A stretch of DNA of 64,000 nt. It comes from an uncultured Thermoplasmata archaeon. Its GTDB lineage: Archaea > Thermoplasmatota > Thermoplasmata > Lutacidiplasmatales > UBA184. The stretch spans positions 27,272 through 91,271 of the forward strand of contig CAWBEU010000010.1 in the NCBI GenBank assembly GCA_963787975.1, written 5' to 3'. Shown one piece after another: positions 18,332 to 26,974 of the stretch. A program made the translations under genes and the position numbers. Each line of letters starts with the position of its first letter. Within the stretch, counting starts at the first letter, position 1. The notes below the pieces were generated by a model. That model was given only the letters and a program-made list of their open reading frames with translations, had not been told where the DNA came from and searched no databases.

Positions 18332-19044
18332 GTTGGAGACCCGGGTGGGGCCAGAGGTGGGCGCGCATACGTACTTACTGATATCGGTGCCCCACAGACC
18401 GAGGAAATAGAGTCCGGGAGAGGGGGGATGCCTTCATTCCGCAGCGCGAGTGGCCCGGCCAATCCCCGGAGAGCGACGGAGCTCCTAGCGGCCGAGAGAC
18501 GGGACAGCGGTCACCAGTCCACGGGTCTCTCAGCCACCAGTACAAGATCTCTCCTCACTCTCGATTTGTCCGAGCGAATCTCGGCAGGTCGGCCCATCTA
18601 CGACACACGCTGAAGTCGGCCGTCGAGTAAGTCGCTACGCCTTCGGGGCCCACGATGCCGCCCTGAGGTGGAGGGGGGTAGTGCAAGTTTCAGCGAATTG
18701 GTTTTACCCCCCGTCCCGCGTGGGCCCGGTTAGATTCGAACTGCTCGCTCGGTCCGGAACGGCCCTCGGCCTGGCTACCGGAAACGGGCGCATTGGAAAT
18801 AGTCAGGCTCCTCAACCAGCTGTGCCGACCTTTGGCCAAGGAGGGGTTTGTCTAACCGGACGGTTCCAGGTCGCAGGGAGATCACGTCCGGATTTTCGGA
18901 CCGATCTCTTTGTAGGCTTCTGCCCCGAGACTGTATCCCTTTTCAATAGAAGTTGGACCGAATCCGTTCGCGGCTAGATATCCTCCCTCCCTCGTCGCTT
19001 GGGGCTGGGCCGGGGTCCCGCTCTCGACCGACCGCATCGAGTGC

Positions 19045-19461
19045 TCAGGGATTCGGAGCTGGAAGAACTTGGAATCCGGCCTCTGAGAAATTGTGATCGA
19101 ACGTGAAGGCGCGGCCGATTTCGAGCTCTCGCATCAGGACAAAGCTCGTGCAATCGGTCAGGCTCCATCGCATGTCCGCGTGAGCGAGCATGAGGTCGAC
19201 CGCGTGATCGAAGTCACGCTCGGAGACCCGCACCATCTGCAGGTTTGACGAGCCCGTCAGAAGGTCTCGCAATGCACGAACCGGGCCGATTCCGAGTCGC
19301 ATGCGAAGGAGGGTGTAGGTTTCGTCGAGAACGTAGTCGGTGGTGAGGATTCTGCCGAACTCGCCTGTGGTCACACGCGCGAAGAGCCTGACGGCGTCCC
19401 CGTGGTGACGCTCCCGACTGTCCGCGAGGGCGTACCATGCGCTCGTGTCGACCAGGATCAT
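19045..19461 (-). CDS. vapC: PIN-domain toxin VapC
   Basis: MILVDTSAWYAL (first acidic residue), TTDYVLDETYTLL, and SLTDCTSFVLMRELEIGRAFTFDHNF (the last acidic residues of the PIN fold). Overlaps vapB by 4 nt. Confidence 0.85.
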   Translation of the reverse strand: MILVDTSAWYALADSRERHHGDAVRLFARVTTGEFGRILTTDYVLDETYTLLRMRLGIGPVRALRDLLTGSSNLQMVRVSERDFDHAVDLMLAHADMRWSLTDCTSFVLMRELEIGRAFTFDHNFSEAGFQVLPAPNP

Positions 19462-19697
19462 TCTGACGGCCCGTACAGGATTTCGTCGTGACGCTCGGCC
19501 ACGTTCGACTTCGGCCCCGTTCTGCGAACCAGGGGGAACGCGGTGAAAATGGGGTCGGTCGGGTCGACCTTGTCCGGTAGCAACTGGGCTCGAATGGCGG
19601 CCCGGATCCAGTCCTGCATCGTCTTTCCTTCACCTCGTGCCTTCCGGCGGAGTAGATCGTACTCTGCTTCCGGGACTCGGGTCTGGATCAGCTTCAT
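19458..19697 (-). CDS. vapB: Antitoxin VapB (ribbon-helix-helix type)
   Basis: 79-aa ORF directly upstream of vapC and overlapping it. The N-terminus IQTRVPEAEYDLLRRKARGEGKTMQDWIRAAIRAQL fits a strand-helix-helix DNA-binding fold. Confidence 0.75.
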   Translation of the reverse strand: MKLIQTRVPEAEYDLLRRKARGEGKTMQDWIRAAIRAQLLPDKVDPTDPIFTAFPLVRRTGPKSNVAERHDEILYGPSE

Positions 19698-19699
19698 AC

Positions 19700-19726
19700 A
19701 ATCTGTAATCTGTTATCGACTATATG
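19700..19726 (-). promoter_or_regulatory. vapBC promoter/operator: tandem heptamer AATCTGT x2 (19700-19713) plus TATA-like CATATAGT (19719-19726, minus strand)
   Basis: A perfect direct 7-mer repeat lies between the TATA-like box and the vapB ATG (19697). The TATA centre is about 25 nt from the ATG, implying a leaderless transcript with the repeat at the TSS, a plausible autorepression site. Confidence 0.45.
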
Positions 19727-20083
19727 AAGACGCCCAGCTCGTTCTGACCGTTCCCTGGGAGCGTCCGCGCCGAAAATGTGCCCTACATAGTCTGTAAGAG
19801 CAAGCGAATCCGGTCGGGGCTACGCTCCACTGTTCGGTAGAATCCCTCCTCGCAGGAATCCTTCTGTTCGGATTGAGATATGCGAACCCCCCCCAGGAAC
19901 CACGAGCTCGGGGCCGTCGTTGAAGACGTATGCTCCTGACGACAGACCTGAGGCCGTCGACTCGCCGCTTGGCTTACTCCTCAGAACCGAAGTCGGAGGC
20001 CGGAGCGATTCCTCTGCGGACATACGGTTATTATCTGAATCTCAGCCAGCTAACCTCGACCTCAAGGGGGCTCGTTCACACCT

Positions 20084-21049
20084 GTGGCGGAAGTATCGAG
20101 TCTCGCCGATGCACTCTCCGCGGTCGGTTATCCGGGTCTGAGCTCGTCCCGACGTCCGGTGTTGCGTAGTGCCGGCGCTACCCTCCTCACGCTCGCGACC
20201 TTGGACCGGGCCGGTGCGCCGGTCTGGCACGGTATCTGGATCGACGCGGGGGGAGTCCGCCCTCTTGGATCGGAAGTCCCGCCGAGCCTCTTGGTCGAGG
20301 GGTCAAAGGCCCCCCCGGCCACGATCGCGCTTGTCGACCTGTTGCAGGCGGCCCACCGTTCCTACGTCGAGTGGCTCGAAGCTCTCGGTGGGCGCTTGGA
20401 TGCTCTCGAGGGCAGACCGGATCCAGCTCCCTTGCCGGAGCTGGGCGCCCTCCTGCACGCACTCGCCGGAGCGCGGAAGCAGATCGTCCGGTTAGAAGTC
20501 CTCTCGGCGGAACTCGACGGTGCGCTCGGCTCAAAGTTTCCGGGGCTCGAGGCGTACCTTCCATCCGTTCGGGCGGAGGTGTCGCACCTCGATGAACTCT
20601 CTGCGGGGCTGGCTCAGGGAGTGCGCGACCTGGTAGCGATCCGGAACGCCATCGAGGCGAACCAGCTCGCCGGGGCCGCGAATCGACTGGGAGAGGTGTC
20701 GAACCGGATCGCGGCGCTTGCGAACACGTCCAATCTGCGCATGCTCGGCGTGGCGTACATCGCCCTGGTGCTCGCCCTCGTGAGCGTCGTGGTACTGATT
20801 CCCAATACGGGGGCCACAATTCTCGGCATGCCGAGCGCGGCATGGGTCCCGGGCCTATGGGTGGATCTGATTCTCATCGTACTAGGGATCGTTCCGATGG
20901 TGGTCGTATTTTCGCGCCCCTGGGTGTGGAATACACTCCGGGGGCTCCCGACCTTCGAGAACCGCACCCAGGAGGGACTCTCCGACCTTCCGGAGGTCCC
21001 GGCTCAGAATGTCGACGGTGACGCCTCTCTGATTCGACAATCCCGGTAG
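20084..21049 (+). CDS. CorA-like divalent cation transporter (divergent, GMN replaced by GMP)
   Basis: A long helical cytoplasmic part followed by two C-terminal TM helices bracketing ILGMPSAAW, in the position of the CorA YGMNF..MPEL loop. The assignment is tentative. Confidence 0.4.
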   Translation: MAEVSSLADALSAVGYPGLSSSRRPVLRSAGATLLTLATLDRAGAPVWHGIWIDAGGVRPLGSEVPPSLLVEGSKAPPATIALVDLLQAAHRSYVEWLEALGGRLDALEGRPDPAPLPELGALLHALAGARKQIVRLEVLSAELDGALGSKFPGLEAYLPSVRAEVSHLDELSAGLAQGVRDLVAIRNAIEANQLAGAANRLGEVSNRIAALANTSNLRMLGVAYIALVLALVSVVVLIPNTGATILGMPSAAWVPGLWVDLILIVLGIVPMVVVFSRPWVWNTLRGLPTFENRTQEGLSDLPEVPAQNVDGDASLIRQSR

Positions 21050-21092
21050 GAGTGGTTGACGGGTACACCGGCCTCGTCTTTACGCCCGAGGA

Positions 21093-22007
21093 ATGGCGAA
21101 GGCGGCGGGCCTACCGCTCCCCGGCAGGGTGGTTCGTCCAAAGCTCCACGCGGTCGTTAACACCTTAAAGAGGACTCAAAGGTGGGGAATCCCACAGATG
21201 GCCGAGCCAGCGTCCATGCCGGGAAAGCTGAGATCGTCGGCATCCCATCTAGCGAGCCGCACCTACTCCTCAGGGGTACTGGACTCGTTCCTGGAAACCT
21301 TTGGGCTTCGGGCGCCCCCTGACATTGACCAGAAGGCGGTCGGCTGGTCGGCCTTGCTTGAGGAGCGATACCGCACCCTCCGTGTGCGCCGCTGGCCGGG
21401 GTGGCGCGTGCAAGCCTACAACGAGATTCTCTACGCGGTTGTACGGGTCACACGGCCGCGCGTCCTCTTGGAAACCGGAGTCGAGCACGGCTTGTCGTCG
21501 TCCTACCTTCTAGCGGCCTTGAGGGACAATGACCTGGGGACGCTCCACTCCATCGAAATCGGGCCTCCAGGCGGCTGGCAGCCCGGGCCCCCGACCCCGG
21601 GAGAGCTGCCCGCCTCCGAGGTGGCTCGAATAGGTAGTGCGATCCCGCCGCAACTCCGAGGCCGGTGGAATCTGCATGTCGGCTCCGCCCAGGACCAGCT
21701 CCCCCGGCTGCTTCGCGAGCTCGGGAAGATCGATTTGTTCTTCCACGACTCCGATCACTCAGAAGACCACATGCTCTGGGAGTATCGGACGGCGTGGGAA
21801 TACTTGCCCGAGGGAGGTTGGCTCGTCTCGGACGACATCGATTTCAACCGAGCCTTTGACCGATTTGGCCACGACGTCGCCGGCGTGCCGTGGAGATGGA
21901 TCGGCGCGAAACCCCGGCGGGGCCTATTGAGAAAGGGGGGGCCGTTCCTTCCGCCGTCGGTGACGAACGAATACCGCGACACCCCCCGTGGCCAGAACCA
22001 CGGCTAA
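21093..22007 (+). CDS. Class I SAM-dependent methyltransferase (O-methyltransferase/cephalosporin-hydroxylase-like)
   Basis: VLLETGVEHGLSSSYLL (a motif I-like glycine-rich loop), DLFFHDSDHSEDHMLWEY and GGWLVSDDI. The start is uncertain. Confidence 0.55.
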   Translation: MAKAAGLPLPGRVVRPKLHAVVNTLKRTQRWGIPQMAEPASMPGKLRSSASHLASRTYSSGVLDSFLETFGLRAPPDIDQKAVGWSALLEERYRTLRVRRWPGWRVQAYNEILYAVVRVTRPRVLLETGVEHGLSSSYLLAALRDNDLGTLHSIEIGPPGGWQPGPPTPGELPASEVARIGSAIPPQLRGRWNLHVGSAQDQLPRLLRELGKIDLFFHDSDHSEDHMLWEYRTAWEYLPEGGWLVSDDIDFNRAFDRFGHDVAGVPWRWIGAKPRRGLLRKGGPFLPPSVTNEYRDTPRGQNHG

Positions 22008-22256
22008 TCCTGAGAGCAACGCGGCCCCGGTTTCCCCAAGCCACCCTCGTACGCCGCCGGGAGCGAGGGACCGTTGTTCTAACGAATCAACTTGGACAGG
22101 ACCCGATTTAGATGTTGTGACAGCGGCTCCCGGTTGGTCGGGTTCTAGTTGAGTGGCCGTTACCGCCGAGGCCTGCTCCGTTGTGCCGGCGCGGGGCCCC
22201 CACGACGCTCCGGACGGGCGAGTGAAAGGGACCTCGAAAGTCTCTCCGTCCTTAAG

Positions 22257-22264
22257 TTTTATAG
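22257..22264 (+). promoter_or_regulatory. TATA box (TTTTATAG) for fdh
   Basis: An A/T island about 50 nt upstream of ATG 22311. A GGAGG Shine-Dalgarno box lies 8 nt before the ATG, so this gene seems to have a leader. Confidence 0.45.
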
Positions 22265-22310
22265 CAGCGGGACCTCAGCCTTCGCCCGACAGATTTTGGA
22301 GGAGCGTTCG

Positions 22311-23363
22311 ATGAAGATCGTAGCGGTTCTGTATCCCGGAGGGCCTTCGGCGAGCAACCCCGAGCTCCTCGGCTGTGCGGAGAACGCGTTGGGTCTTCGC
22401 CCATTCATCGAGGGGAAGGGACACGAGCTGGTCGTACTTACTAACAAAGAGGAACAACTTGATGCCCAGCTTCCCACGACGGAGGTGCTCATCACGACCC
22501 CGTTCTGGCCGGCGTACGTGACGAAGGAGCGGATCGAGAAGGCGCCGAAGCTCCGTCTCATCATTACCGCCGGGGTTGGCTCCGACCACGTCGACCTCGC
22601 GGCGGCCGCGGCCCATGGGATCACCGTGGCAGAGATTACGGGCTCCAACGTGGTCAGCGTCGCCGAACACACGATCATGGAAATCTTGTCCGTCGTGCGG
22701 AACTACATTCCGGCGTACAAGCAGGTGATCGACGGTCGATGGGACATCGCCGAAGCCGCATCCCGGTCGCACGACCTGGAGGGCAAGGTCGTCGGGATTG
22801 TCGGGTCAGGGCGGATCGGGCAGCGGGTAGCCGTGCGCCTCAGGCCCTTCGACGTAAAGGTGCTCTACTACGACTTCCGACGGTTGACCACGGTCGAGGA
22901 AGAGGTGCTCGGCATCCGCTACGCGGTGCTGGATCAGCTGGTCTCGCAGTGTGACGTGATCACGATCCATTGTCCCTTGACGCCGGAGACCGAGGGCCTG
23001 TTCAGTCGCGAACGACTGTTCGCGATGAAGAAGGGGGCGTACCTCGTGAACACCGCGCGGGGGAAGATCGTCGATACTCTGGGGCTCGTGGAGGCGATGG
23101 AGAAGGGGCACCTGGCCGGGTATTCCGGAGACGTTTGGTATCCTCAGCCCGCGCCGCCGGATCACCCCTGGCGAAAGATGCCGAACCAGGCCCTGACGAT
23201 CCATGTCTCTGGCACTTCCTTGGAGGCGCAGAAGCGCTACAGCGACGGGACGCGAGATTGCTTGACCCGCTACTTCGCGGGGAAGCCGCTGGAGCGAGAC
23301 TATTTGATCGTCGACGGCGGCAAGGTCGTGAGTCCGAGCTACAGCTTCGCGTTCAAGCAGTAG
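22311..23363 (+). CDS. fdh: NAD-dependent formate dehydrogenase (D-2-hydroxyacid dehydrogenase family)
   Basis: Within ORF 22149..23363; start at ATG 22311 (MKIVAVLY). Contains TPFWPAYVTKERIEKAPKLRLIITAGVGSDHVDL, SVAEHTIMEIL, the Rossmann GIVGSGRIGQ, and DVWYPQPAP. These closely match the remembered metal-independent FDH signatures. Confidence 0.85.
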   Translation: MKIVAVLYPGGPSASNPELLGCAENALGLRPFIEGKGHELVVLTNKEEQLDAQLPTTEVLITTPFWPAYVTKERIEKAPKLRLIITAGVGSDHVDLAAAAAHGITVAEITGSNVVSVAEHTIMEILSVVRNYIPAYKQVIDGRWDIAEAASRSHDLEGKVVGIVGSGRIGQRVAVRLRPFDVKVLYYDFRRLTTVEEEVLGIRYAVLDQLVSQCDVITIHCPLTPETEGLFSRERLFAMKKGAYLVNTARGKIVDTLGLVEAMEKGHLAGYSGDVWYPQPAPPDHPWRKMPNQALTIHVSGTSLEAQKRYSDGTRDCLTRYFAGKPLERDYLIVDGGKVVSPSYSFAFKQ

Positions 23364-23687
23364 TCCCAAGAGCTTGAACGGCCGGAGGATCGGCCTCTGC
23401 GACCCCCGAAAAGATCGGCATGGAATCGAAGGCGCTCAGGTTCCAGCGGTGGTATTACGTTCCAGTGTCCCCGAACGAGCTCTACCGGTGCCCCCGGATC
23501 CCCAACGGCTCGTGCGGCCGCTGCTCGTCTCGGCCCGCATCCGGCGGGCCTGCCCGGTAGCCGACCGACGACCCAACGCCGCAGCGCAGTTCCTGAATGG
23601 CTTCCCAGCGCGTACCGGAGGGGGTACGGCACCCGCCCGCGACCGACCCCTAGGGTTTTTGTCTAGGTCTGGCTGGTCGCCCCTGGG

Positions 23688-24368
23688 ATGCTGAGGTTCG
23701 TGATTCTTACTCCATCGCAGTGGCAGTTGGTCCTGGGAGCCGCCGGAATCGTTGGGGCCCTCGGCCTGCTGGGCGAAGGGGTGTCTCGCCTCATCCGGCG
23801 GCTCGGCAAGCGGGCGGGAATCAGAGAGACCACGCTGATATTCGCCCGTGATGCGATCCGGGCGATCTGGATCCTGATCGCGGTCGTCGGAGTCGCCTTC
23901 TACACGAAGCTGGCGTCCGACCTCACGGTCGTCGCGGTCTCCACCGTCGGCGGATTAATCGTATCCTTGGCGCTTCAAGCCACGCTATCGAACGTCATCG
24001 CCGGCTTGTACATGCTTGAGGATGGGACCCTGCGGGTGGGAGATCAGGTTACGTACTCCGGCCAGAGCGGGAAGGTCGTGCGTATGACGCTTCGGACCTC
24101 CTGGATCATGAACGATAAGGGGGGCATCACCGTGGTGTCGAACTCGAACCTCATGGGCGGTCCACTGACCAACCACACTGCCACGACGCGGTTGGTGGCG
24201 AAGTATCATCTGGAAGAGGAGGTGCCTCCGCAGAAGCCCCCGAAGACAGTCCCGGACAAGGCTTCTGAGAAGCCGATTGAGACAACTCCCGGGAAGAGCG
24301 AGGGGAAGGTGCTCGAGGATCCGCTGAGGAAGGGCTCGGACAAGGAATCCGAGCGGGACGGGTCCTAG
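23688..24368 (+). CDS. Small-conductance mechanosensitive channel (MscS family)
   Basis: Three N-terminal TM helices, then LALQATLSNVIAGLYMLEDGTLRVGDQV...GKVVRMTLRTSWIMNDKGGITVVSNSNL (the MscS pore helix plus beta domain). Confidence 0.7.
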   Translation: MLRFVILTPSQWQLVLGAAGIVGALGLLGEGVSRLIRRLGKRAGIRETTLIFARDAIRAIWILIAVVGVAFYTKLASDLTVVAVSTVGGLIVSLALQATLSNVIAGLYMLEDGTLRVGDQVTYSGQSGKVVRMTLRTSWIMNDKGGITVVSNSNLMGGPLTNHTATTRLVAKYHLEEEVPPQKPPKTVPDKASEKPIETTPGKSEGKVLEDPLRKGSDKESERDGS

Positions 24369-25775
24369 ATGGTCCGGAGTTCTCGAGGGGACGGACCGCA
24401 GAGTTCCCGCGGAGCAGGCGAAGGACGCACCATCGACCGGATGAGGCTCGCTCGGCTCCTCGCTCGCGAGCTGGTGCACTTCGAGGATCAGAACCCCCGT
24501 TCGCGGGAGCTCTTCGAGCAGGCCCGCCGATCGTTGCTCGCCGGCGTTCCGATGAACTGGATGGCTCGGTGGGCGGGACCGTACCCGGTATTCGTGGACC
24601 ACGCGCTCGGAGCGAGGATCTGGGATGTCGACGGGCATCGCTACGTCGATTTCTGTCTCGGCGACACCGGCTCGATGTTCGGTCACTCCCCGCCCGTGGC
24701 CGTCCGCGCCATCGCCCGGCAGCTTCGGCGTGGTATCACGACGATGTTGCCGACCGAGGACTCGGTCTGGGTTGGCCGGGAGCTCGCGCGCCGTTTCGGG
24801 TTACCGTACTGGCAGCTCGCGATGACGGCGACGGACGCCAACCGGTTCGCCATACGGATCGCTCGCGAGGTGACGGGCCGTCCGAAGATCTTGGTCTACA
24901 ACGGCTGCTACCATGGCAGCGTGGACGAGTCCCTCGTTGAGCTGGAAGACGGACGGATCGGGCCGAACCCTGGAAGCATCGGACCACCAGTCGATCCCTC
25001 TCTCACGACCAAACTGATTGAGTTCAACGACGTGGGGGCGTTGGAACAGGCGCTCGCCCCGCGAGATGTGGCCGCCGTACTCGCCGAGCCGGCGATGACC
25101 AACCAGGGCATCATTCTCCCGGATCCGGGATATCACGACCGCCTGCGAGAGATCACGCGTCAGACCGGAACGATCCTGATCATCGACGAAACGCATACGC
25201 TCTGCGAAGGGCCCGGCGGGTACACTCGCGCCCACCACCTACAGCCCGACATGATCACGCTGGGCAAACCGGTGGCGAGCGGAATTCCGGCCGCCGCCTT
25301 CGGCATGGCAGAGGGGATCGCCGAGCCCACCCTCCCGAAGGCCCGTGCGGACACCGGCGACGAAAGCGGCATCGGCGGGACGCTCTCCGGCAATCCGGTC
25401 GCCGCCGCCGCGATGCGGGCGACGCTAGAGCACCTGATCACCCCGGCATCGTATCGCCGGATGATCCCTCTTGCGAAGCGGTGGACGGCCGGGGTGCAAC
25501 GCACCATTCGCGAGCTATCGTTACCCTGGCACGTCACACGTCTCGGCGCGCGAGCGGAATACCGGTTCCGGCCCACCCCTCCGCACAACGGAGGAGAGGC
25601 GATCGCCTCGAAGGACGCCGAGCTGGACCGGTTCGTCCACCTCTACGCCTTGAACCGCGGGATTCTCTTGACGCCGTTTCATAACATGGCGCTCATGTCC
25701 CCCTCCACGCGGGTTGCCGACGTGGACCTCCACACGAAGGTCTTCTCCGAATGCGCCCGTGAGCTCGTGGAATAG
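24369..25775 (+). CDS. Class III PLP aminotransferase (glutamate-1-semialdehyde aminomutase-like)
   Basis: DVDGHRYVDFCLGDTGSMFGH, LIIDETHT and ITLGKPVASGIP (the PLP lysine). The ATG directly follows the mscS stop (TAGATG). Confidence 0.75.
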   Translation: MVRSSRGDGPQSSRGAGEGRTIDRMRLARLLARELVHFEDQNPRSRELFEQARRSLLAGVPMNWMARWAGPYPVFVDHALGARIWDVDGHRYVDFCLGDTGSMFGHSPPVAVRAIARQLRRGITTMLPTEDSVWVGRELARRFGLPYWQLAMTATDANRFAIRIAREVTGRPKILVYNGCYHGSVDESLVELEDGRIGPNPGSIGPPVDPSLTTKLIEFNDVGALEQALAPRDVAAVLAEPAMTNQGIILPDPGYHDRLREITRQTGTILIIDETHTLCEGPGGYTRAHHLQPDMITLGKPVASGIPAAAFGMAEGIAEPTLPKARADTGDESGIGGTLSGNPVAAAAMRATLEHLITPASYRRMIPLAKRWTAGVQRTIRELSLPWHVTRLGARAEYRFRPTPPHNGGEAIASKDAELDRFVHLYALNRGILLTPFHNMALMSPSTRVADVDLHTKVFSECARELVE

Positions 25776-25861
25776 TCTCACCGCCTCCCGGCCGCCCTCT
25801 CTCCGCGCCCGTAAAAACCTCCGACGTGCCACTAAGTACGAGGAGAAGATTGCACACGGCC

Positions 25862-26635
25862 ATGTCTGGCCCGGACACTTCGACTGCAGGGCCCTCCTCG
25901 CCTCCGACCACCCCTCCCACGGCTCCCGCCCCGACCCCCTCCCGGGAGATGGAGGTCAAGGGCCTCGGCCGCCTAGGTACTGGAGCAGGCGTGGGCCTCG
26001 CCGGCGGAATTGTCGGGGTGGTTCTTCCAATTGTCTTCCTGTGGTTGGCTTCTCACAATCCCGGCGGCTTCTTCACTTACGACACGACGCTGGTCAACAC
26101 GATCGGGTTCCTCGTCCTGGCAGGCGCGGTGCTCCTGCTGGTCTCCTTGTTCCTGTACCGCCGGGGCTTCGCCGTGCTGCGAAAGCTCGATGGTCGCTTC
26201 GCGGTCGCCTCGGTGCTTTGCATCATTGGCTCGATCGGTTTCTTGCTGCTTCTGGTCTCCGCCGCCGTCCTCGTAGGATCGAGCAGCTCGCTGGTCCAGT
26301 GCCTCCACCAGTCGCCGAGCAGTGCGCTCTCTTGCATTCGCTCCGGTCAACCCCTCGGGGCGGACACCGGCCTTGTCGGCTTCTGGCTGGGATGGCTCGG
26401 CGGCGTGGGAATCGTTGTCGGGCTCGCGCTGGCGGGCCGGCGGTATCACAACGGCGCGGTCCTGGGCGGGGCGGCCCTCTACGCCATCCTCCTCTTGGTC
26501 CTAATCGGGCCGTTCGTCGGCCTCCTCACACCTCTTCCGGGAATCGATTACCTTCTGCTGGTAGTCCCACTTTTCATCGTTCTCGCACCGGGCCTGGTCT
26601 TGGGTGGGGCGCGCCGTACCCTGATGAGCGCGTAA
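25862..26635 (+). CDS. Polytopic membrane protein, unknown function
   Basis: Within ORF 25826..26635; ATG 25862. A Pro/Thr-rich N-terminus is followed by about 6 hydrophobic helices. I recognised no family confidently. Confidence 0.45.
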   Translation: MSGPDTSTAGPSSPPTTPPTAPAPTPSREMEVKGLGRLGTGAGVGLAGGIVGVVLPIVFLWLASHNPGGFFTYDTTLVNTIGFLVLAGAVLLLVSLFLYRRGFAVLRKLDGRFAVASVLCIIGSIGFLLLLVSAAVLVGSSSSLVQCLHQSPSSALSCIRSGQPLGADTGLVGFWLGWLGGVGIVVGLALAGRRYHNGAVLGGAALYAILLLVLIGPFVGLLTPLPGIDYLLLVVPLFIVLAPGLVLGGARRTLMSA

Positions 26636-26668
26636 TCGCCGGCCTGGGCAGCGGCCACCGAAGGCGGG

Positions 26669-26974
26669 TCATCTCGGAGAGGGACCCGTTTCGGGGCTGA
26701 ATGTGCGAATGGCCCCTTGGGCGTTGAACGCCACCTTACATGCGTAGGACGCGCCGCCTCGAACGGCCCGGCAGGTTCTCCCCCGACGATCGCCTGCTAT
26801 GTCAAGACTATCGACCGTGGCCCACCCCGTCTCGGCCTTGATTCGGTCCACCAAATTTCGGAACTGGGCGGCACAGACGTCGCAGCAGAAGAACAGCCGT
26901 GTCCCGTCCACCTCTTCCCAGAGGTTCCCCCAGCTGGAGTCGCAGATGGCGCAGGCCGCATAGTTAACTTTCAA
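26669..26974 (-). CDS. Cys-rich TRASH/YHS-like (Ta0938-like) metal-binding protein
   Basis: Within ORF 26669..27001. TTG 26974 overlaps the upstream stop. CAICDSSWGNLWEEVDGTRLFFCCDVCAAQF fits the C-x2-C ... FC-x3-C-x3-F TRASH/YHS pattern. Confidence 0.5.
   Translation of the reverse strand: MKVNYAACAICDSSWGNLWEEVDGTRLFFCCDVCAAQFRNLVDRIKAETGWATVDSLDIAGDRRGRTCRAVRGGASYACKVAFNAQGAIRTFSPETGPSPR

Noticed and set aside
18395-18800. Partial matches to RNase P RNA (GAGGAAA..AGTCCGGG with a downstream CCCGGTTA) and to SRP RNA (GGTCCGGAA, G-rich/C-rich Alu-like stem).
   Set aside because: The RNase P CR-I match carries a 3-nt insertion, and I could not find the other conserved regions. The SRP-like hairpins lack the invariant AGCA/GNAR helix-8 context. 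This is not enough to call either RNA; it is reported only as an unassigned structured region.
18882-19037. 51-codon minus-strand ORF starting 8 nt after the vapC stop (MRSVESGTPAQPQATREGGYLAANGFGPTSIEKGYSLGAEAYKEIGPKIRT).
   Set aside because: The second half looks protein-like, but it is short, has no recognisable family and no obvious ribosome-binding context. It lies in the ORF-poor structured spacer. I kept it only as a note.
19820-20023. 67-aa minus-strand ORF and overlapping plus-strand ORFs (19920..20169) in the lower-GC spacer between vapB and the CorA-like gene.
   Set aside because: I recognised no family. The competing ORFs on both strands are of similar length, and there are no start-context signals. 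I treated the region as non-coding.
21924-22274. Minus-strand open frame of about 116 codons ending in a convincing-looking TM anchor plus basic tail (GWLGETGAALLSGLAVVLATGGVAVFVRHRRRKERPP).
   Set aside because: It has no ATG/GTG/TTG start until the last 30 codons and no signal peptide. It overlaps the methyltransferase 3-prime end and the fdh promoter. It could be a relic of a surface-protein gene, but I cannot support it as a functional CDS.
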